From positions 6,696,001 to 6,760,000 of the forward strand of contig NC_043013.1 of NCBI RefSeq assembly GCF_006345805.1: a stretch of 64,000 bases of DNA, read 5' to 3'. The position numbers and the translations under genes are program-made. Below, in pieces: positions 37,390 to 50,259 of this stretch. Under the pieces are notes generated by a model. That model searched no databases, was not told the origin of the DNA, and saw nothing but the letters and a program-made list of their open reading frames with translations. Origin of the DNA: Octopus sinensis (Eukaryota). Position 1 is the first letter of the stretch. Every line of letters starts with the position of its first letter.

Positions 37390-38019
37390 GCTTCAGAGAA
37401 ATTTGAGCCAAAGGACAAAAGCACACGTTGTAATGTGTTAATTTTTTAAAAATAGATTCAGTTCCTGGACAGCGCCCATTCTGGGGCACCCGCCACCAGT
37501 TCATTTGCATTCTCTGCAACATTCGATGCTTAATGTCTTAAGATGAAATCAATAATTTTCCGGGAATAGTTTCTTCTATTATTAAAATCTCTCGTTTGAG
37601 TAATTAAATTTCTTTTTTCGGAAGAATAATTACGACAATGAAGGAACGCTATTTATAGAACCGCGTTTACCATTTATTTTGTATTTCATTTCCACGATTT
37701 TCTTCCTAAGGAATTTCTAGTTTGGCACACGCCCAGAAGTTGAAAGGAACGCTACAAACTATTTAGCAATACTTGAAAAGGAAGACTGCAAAATATTTTA
37801 GAACTTAAGAGAAGCTCTGAAAAATCCATAACTATTAAATTTTCAGTTTAGTTGATAAGTACATGCAGTAAGCTGTTTCAGGGAATTCAATCAGTGAAAA
37901 ATGTTCCTCTTTATCATTTAATAGGTAATCATGTACATACACAATTCTATGTATGTATGTATGTATGTATGTATGTATGTATGTATGTATGTATGTATGT
38001 ATGTATGTATGTACAGGTA

Positions 38020-38310
38020 TGAGAGTGCGTAGCCTAACAGTTAGCGTGTTGCACTCACAATTGTGCGATCGGGGTTTAAATGTTTAGAACCGGGTGGTAC
38101 ATTGTGTTCTTGAGCAAAACACCTCATATCCCGTTGCTCTGCAATTACTTCGACACGTGGATTGTGGAACGTTGTGCACCTGTTCAGGTAACATTTGATG
38201 TAGGGGGTAAACTGATGCACAGGAAGAGCTTTGATCACTATAAACAAAGAATTTGTGCAAGATATGGCAGAGTCGTCTTTCTCGGACTATAAGGGGCTAC
38301 CATCAATGCA
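38020..38310 (+). mobile_element. tRNA-SINE family E-like, decayed
   Basis: GCGTAGCCTAACAGTTAGCGTGTTGCACTCAC...TTGTGTTCTTGAGCAAAACAC. Confidence 0.6.
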
Positions 38311-38344
38311 TGTACGAATGTAAATGTTTCTTTGAAGTCAACAC

Positions 38345-38385
<41 letters not shown>

Positions 38386-38859
38386 TAAATAGATAGATTG
38401 ATAGATATAGATATATATAGATATATATAGATTATATATAGATATGTATTATACATATAATATATATATATTATATTATATATATATATATATATTATAT
38501 GTATATAGATATATTATATATATGTATATATATGTATATAACGATATAGATATATGTATCTTATAGTATATAATATTATTATATTATAATAATATATTTA
38601 TATATATATATATATATATATAATATAATATTATATATATACCCATATATATAATATATATATATATATGTGTGTGTGTGGTGTGTGTGTGTGTTGTGTG
38701 AGGGTATGTGTGTAGAAAGAAAGAATCTAGCATAAATTGGTGGTGGTTATAGAACTTAGGATCACTCAATTCTTTTAGCAGAATAGATATGAAATTTAAA
38801 AAAAAAATCTTTGATTCATTTTGAAATTCCTATCATCCTCTCATAAATTTGTATATATA

Positions 38860-38898
<39 letters not shown>

Positions 38899-38900
38899 CA

Positions 38901-39202
38901 TATCACCGTGATCACCGTGACCGACCAGGCTATCAGATGTTGCTACACATCGCTGGTCACAATGCGCTTCGCATTGTTTTAGCCTTCAAATGATGCCACC
39001 CTGCTGGCTTCCCGAGCAGGCCAAAAGAAGAAAGAGTGAGAGAAAGTTATGGCGAAAGAGTACAGTAGAGATCGCCACCCCACCCCTTGCCGGAGCCTCG
39101 TGGCGCTTTTAGCTGTTTTCGCTCAATAAACACTCACAATGCCCGGTCTGGGAATCGAAACCGCGAATCCGCTGCCGTAGCTACTGGGTCATTGCGCCTC
39201 CA
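38901..39202 (-). mobile_element. SINE C, tail type 1
   Basis: Reverse complement of 29518-29831. Confidence 0.92.
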
Positions 39203-39242
39203 TATATATGTATAAGAGACAGGTAGCCTGTTTTGTCTCGTG

Positions 39243-39323
<81 letters not shown>

Positions 39324-39332
39324 TCTTCTTCT

Positions 39333-39404
<72 letters not shown>

Positions 39405-39414
39405 TTTTCTTATT

Positions 39415-39555
39415 AATTGGTCACCGGTGCGTAACTCATATTTCTTTCATCGATCCCGAAACGATGGAAGGCTAGCTCGATCGCGGCGGAATTTGAACTC
39501 AGAAATATCGCTAACCATTTCGCCCGGCCTGCTAATGATCTTACCAGCTCGCTGC
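39415..39555 (-). mobile_element. SINE B, internally deleted
   Basis: GCGGAATTTGAACTCAGAA...TTCGCCCGGC. Confidence 0.78.
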
Positions 39556-39557
39556 TT

Positions 39558-39615
<58 letters not shown>

Positions 39616-39694
39616 CATAATAATAATAATTAATAATAATAATAATAATTAATAATAATAATATAATTAATTAATAATAATATAATAATAACAT

Positions 39695-39726
<32 letters not shown>

Positions 39727-39732
39727 AAATAA

Positions 39733-39825
<93 letters not shown>

Positions 39826-39956
39826 TACTTTCGCTATCACATAACTTTGTAGATGAAGTTTATTTTAATGACCTAATGATGTATACAGTATATTTCTTTA
39901 CCATAGGTGTCAGGAAGACACTCGGTAAGAAATGGAAACAAAAGTGAAAGAAGAAA

Positions 39957-39992
<36 letters not shown>

Positions 39993-40041
39993 ATGATGAT
40001 GATGATGATGATGATGACGACGACAATAATAATAATAATAA

Positions 40042-40519
40042 ATGGCCTACAGCAAATATTCTGCTCAATTTGTCTTGATATAAAAATGGGCTACAACAAT
40101 TATTCTGCTCAGTACAACAGATATGATTGTCAGTCGTTTGACTTTAACCAGTTGACGGTATGTGAATCTCTGATCACGAGCAGAAGTAGTGGGGGAACAT
40201 CATAGCCAAGTGTTGAGAGAAATTTTGCGGGGTTTGGATAATTCACTTGGAAACATGGGTGTGTCGTTCAACATCCTTAAACAACCCTTATTCAGGGACC
40301 TTTTGAACGGGATGGCTACTCAAGAACAATTCTAACTGGGCCCCACCTGCAAGGTCATGTGCTGCTTATCTTGATATGAGATCACTATGTCGCATACACA
40401 TGGTTATGATGCATGTACCTGGTGTACCCTCATGAGACGGTTAGTCATAATGGGTATACTGTGCTTCGTATATTTTACCCCAGTGTCACTTCTGATGGCA
40501 TGTGCTGCTCCCTCACTCA
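40042..40519 (+). mobile_element. Family D element, (TAA)n on both sides
   Basis: Homologous to 13292-13796. Confidence 0.88.
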
Positions 40520-40543
40520 ATAATGATAATAATAATAATAATA

Positions 40544-40579
<36 letters not shown>

Positions 40580-40592
40580 TAATAATATGATG

Positions 40593-40628
<36 letters not shown>

Positions 40629-40709
40629 GTTATATAATAATAAATAATAATAATAATAATAATATAATAATAATAATAATGATAATAATAATAATAATAA
40701 TAATAATCG

Positions 40710-40752
<43 letters not shown>

Positions 40753-40756
<4 letters not shown>

Positions 40757-41308
40757 CAGAGTTGGAACCTACATACATTGTAAGCTATGCCAACATTATG
40801 GAATAACAACAGAAAAAAGATGTATAGGCACACCCAGAAAAGGTCACAGAAAACGAGAAAGCAACCATACTGGGATATGCCGATACACACAGATAGAGAA
40901 ATTAAGGCCACCAAGACCAGATATAGTTGTCAGAGACCATGAAGAAAAAAATGCTTTCTAATTGATGTATCAATACCGCTGATGATAACGTGTCTCTAAA
41001 AGAAATGGAGAAACTCTCAAAATACAAAGACCTGGAAATAGAGGTAACTAGAATGGGGAATCTGAAAACAAACAATTCCTATCATAGTAGGTGCATTAGG
41101 CATGATAAAAAAATATTCAGACAAATACATAACAAAAACACCAGGACTTACAAACACATATAAATACAGAAAATTGCACTACTAGGCACTGCACACATCC
41201 TACGCAGAACACTTTCTAACAATATCATCAGAGCACCAGCACATACCCAAGGCACACAGAGCTGCGCTCGGTAGTGAAGTGAAAGCACACTATAAATAAA
41301 ACTACTGA
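40753..41308 (+). mobile_element. R4/Dong-like RLE non-LTR retrotransposon, 5'-truncated (RLE domain plus 3'UTR), in (TAA)n
   Basis: Frameshift-corrected HDRVGTYIH.KLCQHYG...ILWDMPIHTDREIKA.RPDIVV...LIDVSIP.DDN...KEMEKLSKYKDLEIEV...PIIVGALG...IQKIALLGTAHILRRTL (PD..D..K nuclease). Confidence 0.9.
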
Positions 41309-41337
41309 ATAATAATAATAATATATATGATGATATA

Positions 41338-41378
<41 letters not shown>

Positions 41379-41387
41379 TAATAATAT

Positions 41388-41547
41388 ATTTCTTCTAATC
41401 GAGGCTGCATGCCCGAAATTTTTGGATAGAGTACCAGTCGACTCCAGTATGCAACTGGTATTTATTTATCGACCCGAAACGATGAAAGACAAAGTCGAAC
41501 CCGGCGGAATTTGAAATCAGAACGTAATGACAGACGAAATACCGCTT
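41388..41547 (-). mobile_element. SINE B sharing private variants with 30998-31205
   Basis: Same GTCGACTGGTACTCTA.CCAAAAATTTCGGGCATGCAGCCTCG tail. Confidence 0.9.
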
Positions 41548-41585
41548 AGTGCTCCCTCACTCAATAATGATAATAATAATAATAA

Positions 41586-41648
<63 letters not shown>

Positions 41649-41688
41649 GAAGAAGAAGAAGAAGAAGAAGAAGAAGAAGAAGAAGAAG

Positions 41689-41915
41689 AATCCTTTTTAG
41701 TTTAGGCACAACACCTGAAACTTTTGGGGAGAGGAACAGTCGATTACATAGACCCCAATACTCAATCAGTACATTATTTCATCCGTCATCATATTCTGGT
41801 CGACTTACCATTTCATCTTTCGGAATCGATAAAATACGTACAAATAAAGTATTGGGGTCGATGCAATCGACTATCTCCCTACCCTAAAATGGCTGTCATT
41901 GTACTAAAAAAATAA
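41689..41915. mobile_element. Two SINE B 3' fragments in opposite orientation
   Basis: Minus tail ~41689-41790; plus core and tail ~41795-41915. Confidence 0.7.
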
Positions 41916-41936
41916 GAAATTATGATTATTATTATT

Positions 41937-42037
<101 letters not shown>

Positions 42038-42789
42038 CATCATTATTATTATTATTATTATTCGTGCGGCTGTTTTGTACTAAAGAGTGCAGTTGTGCTT
42101 AAGAAAGATATGTTTTCGTTTTAAATTAACGTTTTATGTGTTTTATTTGTGATTAAGTTATTAATTATATCTCGTAAATGCCAGATTTGAAAATAATTTT
42201 TCTCTTTTTCTTAGTTTTCTATTTCTTTCCGATTTTTGTTAGAAATCATCTTCTCTTTTATGTCTTTGGTTCTGTTGGACTTAAGCTAAAATCCCGCTAG
42301 ACATCCTCTTGTTATCCTTAATACCATCATAGATATTACTGTTTTGTTGATGTTTTATCCTGTTCCCCTCTAGATACACTTTTCTTTTGAATGTGATTCA
42401 ATCCAATCTTTCACAATTTTATCTTCAGTTCTATTTGCTTTCCTCTTAGAATATTTTTAATTACGCTCTCTGTAATTTTTATATTATTTATTTGCTTCCA
42501 GTAAATTGGGCAACATTTAAAAGAAAAAAAAACGAACTGAATATTCCAACAATTAATGATTCTACACTTGCTTTTCTCTTTAGACATTTTTCAAATCTCT
42601 TGACCTGGATAACGGGGAGTTTATCAATTCCTGTTAACCCTTCCGGGCATTAATTCATCCCCAAGTATTCTCAAGTAAAAGAAGCACAGGTTAATGATAT
42701 GGGTAAGGCAGTAATTAGCTGATTCGTGAATTGTAATTTCACATTTGCTTCAGGTGATTTATTAGTCAAATTTAGTATTCTAGATACAA

Positions 42790-43022
42790 CATAAGGCTGT
42801 CAGTTAGAAGAATCGCTGGCGCGTCGGACAACCGTGGTTTCAGCAATTTTCATATCGATTATAATCTTCTTATCATCAGCCTGTTAATGGCAGTTCACAT
42901 TCCGCCGAGATCAACTCTGTTTTTCATCCTATCGGGGTTGATGAAATAAGTGCCACTTGAGCACTGGGTCGATATAATCGACTTACCCACTCCCTTGAAG
43001 TTGCTGACCTTGTGCCCAAAAC
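42790..43022 (+). mobile_element. SINE B, diverged
   Basis: Head remnant plus CCGCCGAGATCAACT...CGGGGTTGATGAAATAAGT...GGTCGATATAATCGACT. Confidence 0.8.
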
Positions 43023-43044
43023 ATTATTATTATTATTATTATTA

Positions 43045-43097
<53 letters not shown>

Positions 43098-43199
43098 GTT
43101 ATTATTATATTATTATTATTATTATTATTATTATTTTATTATTATTATTATTATTATTATTGTTGTTGTTGTTGTTGTTACTGCTGCTGCTGCTGTTGT

Positions 43200-43752
43200 T
43201 GAGTGAGAGAGCAGTTCATGCCATCAAAGTGACACTGGCGTAAATTATACGAAGCCCAATATACTCATTATGGCTACCCGTCCGCTAAGGGTACACTAGG
43301 CACATGCATCACAACCATAAGTGCGCGACATAGTGATCTCATATCTAAATAAACAGTGCATGAGCTTGCAGATGGGGCCCAGTGAGAATTTTCTTCAGGC
43401 CGAGTAGCCCAAACCGCTCAAAAGTTTCCTGAATAAGGCTTGTTTAAGGATGATATTAAAATATATTTCCAGAGGTGAATTATTCAAACTTCAAAAATTC
43501 CTCTCAACACATGGCTACGATGCTCCCCAACTACTTCTGCTCGTGATCAGAGATGCACATACCGTCGACCACCAAGGGCCGTGTTTAACTGGTTAAGGTC
43601 AAGCAACTGACAAGCAAATCTGTGATATTGAGCAGAATATTTGCTCTAGCCCATCTTTTATACCAAGACAAAACAATGTACATGATAACACTTCCAATCA
43701 GTTAAGATCAGAAGCCACGAGAGCCACTGCCTGGTACTGCATCAAGGCATTT
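43200..43752 (-). mobile_element. Family D element, longest copy, trinucleotide tracts on both sides
   Basis: 5' end (TAA)n-AATGCCTTGATGCAGTACCAGG; 3' end CTCTCTCACTCA into (CAA/CAG/TAA)n. Confidence 0.9.
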
Positions 43753-43772
43753 ATCATTATTATTATTATTAT

Positions 43773-43881
43773 TGAGTGAGAGAGCAGTTCATGCCATCAA
43801 AGTGACACTGGGGTAAAATATACGAAGCCCGATATACCTATCATGACTACCCGTCTGATAAGGGTACACCAGGCACATGCA
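43773..43881 (-). mobile_element. Family D 3' fragment, (TAA)n on both sides
   Basis: TGAGTGAGAGAGCAGTTCATGCCATCAAAGTGACACTGG. Confidence 0.9.
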
Positions 43882-43961
43882 TTATTATTATTATTATTAT
43901 TGTTGTTGTTGTTGTTGTTGTTTTTGTTGTTATTGTTGTTGTTGTGTTGTTGTTGTTGTTA

Positions 43962-43996
<35 letters not shown>

Positions 43997-44484
43997 TATT
44001 ATTATTATTATTATTAGGGCTGCGAAAGGCACCGGAGCAAATGCTCTGAGGCATTTATCTCATCTTCACTTAGTGGGTTGGTGCAATAAGGAGTTCAGCA
44101 CTGAGATCGACGTAATTCGCTAGCTTCCGAATAAGTACCACAATCTGGCATACCTGCGCTGGGACCGAACCCTCCAGCATAATTGTAGTCCAACGACAGC
44201 AGTAGGTAAAAGGTAACATGTTGATATTTTCGGCAAGGTTTAACTAGGTCTAGCTTCCCCGATTTCAGCACGACGTGTATTTATAGTGAGTGTATAATGG
44301 TATACGGAAATTGACGATTTAAAAATCTGTTATCAGTATATTGGCATGGAAATAATTTTTCTTTTGCTCTTGTTTATAAGTTATTTATAATTTTAACCTT
44401 TAAAAGTATGTTAATATGGTGCCACTTTTTGATGAAATTCTTTTTCTGAAAAAAAAAAATTTCATCCTATATTAATAGTATATA

Positions 44485-44533
<49 letters not shown>

Positions 44534-44831
44534 AAAAAGAAGTTTGAAAACGCCACTATATTAGATAAATTTAATTTTCTTATGAATTTTACATGTTCGG
44601 TTCTTGAAAAAACGAACCTTATCAAAAATATTATAAAATGTGCAACAGAAAAGTCCATAATTATTTCTTACTGGTCTCAATAGAATCCATGTGGTGATGT
44701 TTTGTCGGTAGTTGGTATAATCGCTATATTACAGTTGAGTGTAGTAAAGAAGTTCGTTATTGTTTCTTGCTCGTATCAAAAGGAACGGTTTTTTTGTTTC
44801 CTTGTGTTACAATGGAATAGTAGAGCAGTAG

Positions 44832-44893
<62 letters not shown>

Positions 44894-45348
44894 TATATAT
44901 ATATATATATATATATATACACTTTTCTCTTTGGGCCTGTCACTAGAAAATAGAGAGAATAAGAGTCGAGAGAGAAGTATTGTTTTTTTGGCCAGTTTGC
45001 TGAAAGGTGGATGAAGTGACGAGAATGCTGGGAGTGAACGGGCCTGCCCCGATCATACGCGCGTAGTTAGAAAAAAAGGAAAAGAAAAAAGGGACCTGCC
45101 ACAAAAGTCAGGGTACCTATGTTTATTATGGGCGTTTTCCATGAGCAGCCTTCGAGCATCTCCTCCCTATTGAGAATCACACATTGTTGATATTTTAAAT
45201 TTTTGCTAGGCTTCTTTACACGCAAAACCCTCTCAACAACACACATACGCACACACATACTTTGTTTTGTTTTGTACTGTCCATAATGTTCTTCTTAATG
45301 TAAACTGTTGTTAATAAAGAAATCATCAACATCATCATCATCATCATC

Positions 45349-45405
<57 letters not shown>

Positions 45406-45408
<3 letters not shown>

Positions 45409-45514
45409 TGGGTTTTATATCATGCTTTCACTTCACTACTGAGCGCAGCTCTGTGTGCCTTGGGTATGTGCTGTGTTTTGTTGTGATGTTCTGATGGTTA
45501 CTGTATCGAAAGTG

Positions 45515-45517
<3 letters not shown>
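45406..45517 (-). mobile_element. R4/Dong-like 3'UTR-only copy in (TAA)n
   Basis: Reverse complement of 41205-41308. Confidence 0.88.
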
Positions 45518-45589
<72 letters not shown>

Positions 45590-45592
<3 letters not shown>

Positions 45593-45916
45593 TAGTTTTA
45601 ATTTTTTATAGCGTGCTTTCACTTCACTACCGAGCGCCGCTCTGGTTCCTTGGGTATGTGCTGTGATTTGTTGTGATGCTCTGATGGTTATTGTATGGAA
45701 AGTGTTCTGCGTAGGATGTGTGCAGTGCCTAGTAGTGCAATTTTCTGTATGTTATATGTGTTTGTAAGTCCTGGTGTTTTTGTTAGTATTTGTCTGAATA
45801 ATTTTTTTATAACCTCATGCATCTATTATGATAGGAATTGTTTCTGCTTTTAGATTCCACATTCTGGTTACCTCTATTTCCAGGTCTTTGTATTTTGAAA
45901 GTTTCTCCATTTCTTT
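45590..45916 (-). mobile_element. R4/Dong-like 3' end in (TAA)n
   Basis: Starts at KEMEKLSKYKDLEIEV; reverse complement of ~41000-41308. Confidence 0.9.
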
Positions 45917-45932
45917 ATTATTATTATTATTA

Positions 45933-45977
<45 letters not shown>

Positions 45978-45980
45978 TAC

Positions 45981-46024
<44 letters not shown>

Positions 46025-46085
46025 TATATATTATATTATTATTATTATTATCGTTATTGCTATTATGATTGTTATTGCTATTATT

Positions 46086-46275
46086 AAGGCAGTGAGCTGG
46101 CAGAATCGTTCGCACGCCGGGAAACAGGCTTAGCAGCATTTCGTCCGTCTTTACGTCGTGAGTTCAAATTCCACCGTGGTCGACTTTACCTTTCATACTT
46201 CCGGGGTCGACAAGATAACAACTAGTTGAATACTGGGGTCTATGTAATCGATTCATGCCCTCCTCAAAATTTGAA
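46086..46275 (+). mobile_element. SINE B
   Basis: GGCAGTGAGCTGGCAGAATCG...GAGTTCAAATTCC. Confidence 0.88.
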
Positions 46276-46352
46276 ACCATAATAATTATTGTTGTCTTTG
46301 TTGCTGTTGAGTTGTCGTTGTTTTGTTGTTGTTATTATTATTATTATTAATA

Positions 46353-46383
<31 letters not shown>

Positions 46384-46412
46384 AATTATTATTATTGTTG
46401 TTGTTGTTGTTG

Positions 46413-46486
<74 letters not shown>

Positions 46487-46487
<1 letters not shown>

Positions 46488-46745
46488 CCTCCGCCTTAGC
46501 GAAGGCGGCGGAATTGTTTTCAGTCGCATTTGTTAGTCCGTAGTGAAGATATCTCAAGAACCACTGGATGGATTCGAATGAAACTTTCAGGAATATTTGG
46601 CACGAACTAATTAGATTTTCGGATTCTGCATTATTTTTCCTGTTTTTTTTTACTTAATTTTTGAAAACGGTCGGGTTCATCTTTAGTATGCTCGTTTGTT
46701 TTAGTTTATTTTAGATTTTCTCATTTTAAAAATCATCTCCAGCTA
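46487..46745 (+). mobile_element. Helentron-associated (DINE-1/HINE-like) element, 5' part
   Basis: TACCTCCGCCTTAGCGAAGGCGG hairpin start; GAACCACTGGATGGATTCGAATGAAACTTT; second start ATACCTCCGCC near 47075. Confidence 0.6.
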
Positions 46746-46892
46746 ATCGTTGTTGTTGCCTTGGAGGAGGTTCGTACACTTTGAGTGCTCTTATTGTTGT
46801 TGTTGTTGTCGTTATTATTATTATTATTATTATTATTATCATCATCATCATCATCATCATCATCATCGCCGTCGTCGTCGTCATCACCATCG

Positions 46893-46981
<89 letters not shown>

Positions 46982-46989
46982 AATAATAC

Positions 46990-47043
<54 letters not shown>

Positions 47044-47732
47044 CATTCTTCTCGTTGTTTTTATTCTTGATATCATACCTCCGCCGAAACTTAATCAATT
47101 ATCTGTTTTGCATTAAATTAGGGTAAAACAAAAGAAGTAAAAACTATAAACAATACCACAACAACAATAGCAACAACAACAACATGTATAACAATAATAA
47201 ACAATAACTATATTAAAAAAAATATGAACAAAAATAAATCGGCAAAAACCAAAAAGAAAACGAAGAATTATATAAGACGTAAAGTTGTAAAAGAGATAAT
47301 TCACAGGAAAGAAAAAAATTGTTCAAAGTGGTTTCCTAAAGAAATTCTTAAAAGGAAAAAAAATCCATTTAAGTGTTTTCCAATGACTTCTTAAACCATT
47401 ATCAGCGTCTGTAATAGTAAGGGTTTGTGATTTTATGTATATATACATAATACATATATATATATATATATATAATATATATATATATATATAGATGTAA
47501 TGTATATATATGTGGAGTATATCTATGTGTAGTGTGTGTGTATGGGTGTATGTGTGTATGTCTTCACACTCAGGCAAATATGCGATGCTGTTGGTAATAT
47601 TTTATTGGATGGGAAGAGAAGATAAAAAGCTGGATAATACATCTTCCTTACCTCACAATTTTCCAATCATCATATAGTCTGTTTATATGTTGTGTGCATA
47701 TATATATATATACATGTATTATATAATGTATA

Positions 47733-47819
<87 letters not shown>

Positions 47820-48354
47820 CATGAAAATATATACATGTACATATATATATGTATGTATATATATGCATGTATGTATATGCATGTATGTATATATATGTAG
47901 ATACATATGTACATATATATATGTTATATGTATGTATATATATATATATAGAGAGAGAGAAGAGAAACATACATATAGATACATAAATATATGTATATGA
48001 GTGTACGTGTATGACGTCATGCTGTTTATGGATAATTTAGCCTAGCACTTAGTCAAATATAATTAGTACGATCATCATCACCATCACCACCATCATCATC
48101 ATCATCATTCCCCTCCTCCCCTTCTGCGTTTTTTCTTCGGCATCCTATTGACTGAATATAGAGTCCTCTTCTCCTAAGTTCTGTACATTAAACCTACTTT
48201 TCCTTTTTCTTTTCGTTTGCACTTTATATAAAGTGTACCGGTAATTAACTAGGTCATTTACCTCTCTCTTTCCATCTCTCCTTCCTTCTCCCCCTCCATC
48301 CCTTACTGCATCCCCACATATCTTTGCTTTCTTTGTTGGGAAGTTAGAAAGCAT

Positions 48355-48470
48355 ACGTGTAGCGTGTTATTTGAGCTGAGTCTTTACGTTCTGAGCTCAA
48401 ATTCAAACACAGTCATCTTTGCATTTCAAACCTCCTGGGTCGATTAAATAACTTATCAGTCGAGTACGGT
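48355..48470 (+). mobile_element. SINE B, decayed
   Basis: TTTACGTTCTGAGCTCAAATTC...GGGTCGATTAAATAA. Confidence 0.7.
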
Positions 48471-48506
48471 ACTTGGCAGCGGCAATATGAGTACAAATAG
48501 GCACAT

Positions 48507-48752
48507 GCGTGTCGCTGTGTAGTATGCAGTTTGGTTCCTATCCACAGAGATCCGGGTTCAGTCTCAGTGAGTCGTATCTAGGTCAAGTGTCTTCCGATTA
48601 TAGCCTCCGGACGACCACGGCCTTATAAACAGATTTGGTAGATGGAAGTTGGAAAACGCCCGTCATATTGTGTCGATTTGTTCGACTAAAATTGCCCAAG
48701 GCAGTGCCCCAGTATGGCCGCTGTGTAATGACTTAAACACGAAAAAGTTAAA
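48507..48752 (+). mobile_element. SINE A, decayed and compact
   Basis: Head remnant, core and tail GGCAGTGCCCCAGTATGGCCGC. Confidence 0.8.
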
Positions 48753-48758
48753 AGGAAA

Positions 48759-49045
48759 ATGCATACTAAAATTGTTAGTCGGCAACGAGGGCTTTCTAAA
48801 AAGTTTGGAGTGATGGCAGGAAGACCAGGGACACCCATAAAATTCCTGGTTTGTAGAACATATCCATCTAAAATGTCCCCATGTACGGATTACAACTGTA
48901 TGTTATGTAAGATGAACCCACTAGTTAACTGTAAGATTAAGAATGTAGCCTATAGCATGCGATGTACTACTGAACGATGCAAAAACAAGACAATAGTATA
49001 CAATGGGGAAACATCACGTAGCGTAGGACAGTGTTTCTCAATATC
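48759..49045 (+). mobile_element. PLE GIY-YIG endonuclease fragment (second family)
   Basis: PCTDYNCMLC...NCKIKNVAYSMRC...C...YNGETSRS. Confidence 0.75.
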
Positions 49046-49069
49046 TCATGTGCATTATATTTATATATT

Positions 49070-49138
<69 letters not shown>

Positions 49139-49617
49139 GCGCAGGAGTGGCTGTGTGGTAAGAAGTTTGCTTTCGACTTCATGGTTCCTGGTTCAGTCCC
49201 ACTACGTGGCTCCTTAAGCGAGTGTCGTCTACTCGAGAAGTATATTTGCCACCTAAATGTAGCGGTGTCATTTAGAAGATATCTACTATAGCTTCGGGAC
49301 AGCCAAAGCCTTGTGAGTGGATTCGGTGGACGGAAACTGAAAGAGGCCCGTTGTATATATGTATATATATATATATGCGTGTGTGTGTGTCTATATGTGT
49401 ATATGTATATATATTTATGTGTGTGAGCTTGTCTTTCCACCATTGCCTCGCAGCCTGTTGATGGTTTACTTACATACCCGTAACTTGGCAGTTGGGCGAA
49501 AGAGTCCGATAAAATAAGTACCAGGCTTACAAAGAAAGAGTCCTGGTATCGATTAGTTCGACCAAGGGTGGTGCTCTAGCATGGCCGCAGTCAAATGGCT
49601 GAAACAAGTACAAGAGT
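49139..49617 (+). mobile_element. SINE A, full length, with 48 bp insertion
   Basis: Head to tail match; insert 49234-49281. Confidence 0.9.
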
Positions 49618-49649
49618 ATATATATATATATATATATGAATATATATAC

Positions 49650-49713
49650 GTATATATATATGAATTTCTTGCGTATTCAGATGAAAAACCAAGGCTCTGT
49701 AGATATTAGAACA
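49650..49713 (-). repeat. Family H tail fragment (no HHR retained)
   Basis: Reverse complement of 1216-1280. Confidence 0.7.
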
Positions 49714-49743
49714 TTTATATATATATATTTGTGTGTGTACGAA

Positions 49744-49792
<49 letters not shown>

Positions 49793-49892
49793 CTATATAT
49801 GTACTATATACACACATACATATATATGTTTAATATATAGAGAAATAAATAGATAGATATGCATGTATATACATGTATATGCATATAGAGAC

Positions 49893-49927
<35 letters not shown>

Positions 49928-50259
49928 GTATGTATATGCATATACATATATACATGCATATCAATCAATCTCTCTCTCTCTCTCTCCTCTCTCTCTCTAT
50001 CATCTCTCTTCTCTATATATATATTATATATATGCACTGTGTGTGTGTGTGTTTATGCTTGTATGTGTACCATCCAAAACTGTGCGCAGATGTTGTGTGT
50101 TTGTAGCGTTGTCGTGTTATACGTGATAAGAGTGAATGCTGGAAACGCTTAGAAGAGCGTATCTAAATTCGGAATTTGATTATCATGGAGGTTAAATTTT
50201 TCAAGGTTCGTCCCTTCGTAAGGAAAAAAAAAAAAACAAAGCAAAATGTAGCTGACTTT

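Noticed and set aside
42062-42790. A-rich minus-strand stretch resembling decayed coding sequence
   Set aside because: Many stops and no recognisable motif in any frame.
44072-44095. GGGTTGGTGCAATA resembling a mariner TIR
   Set aside because: Too short, and no partner TIR or transposase nearby.
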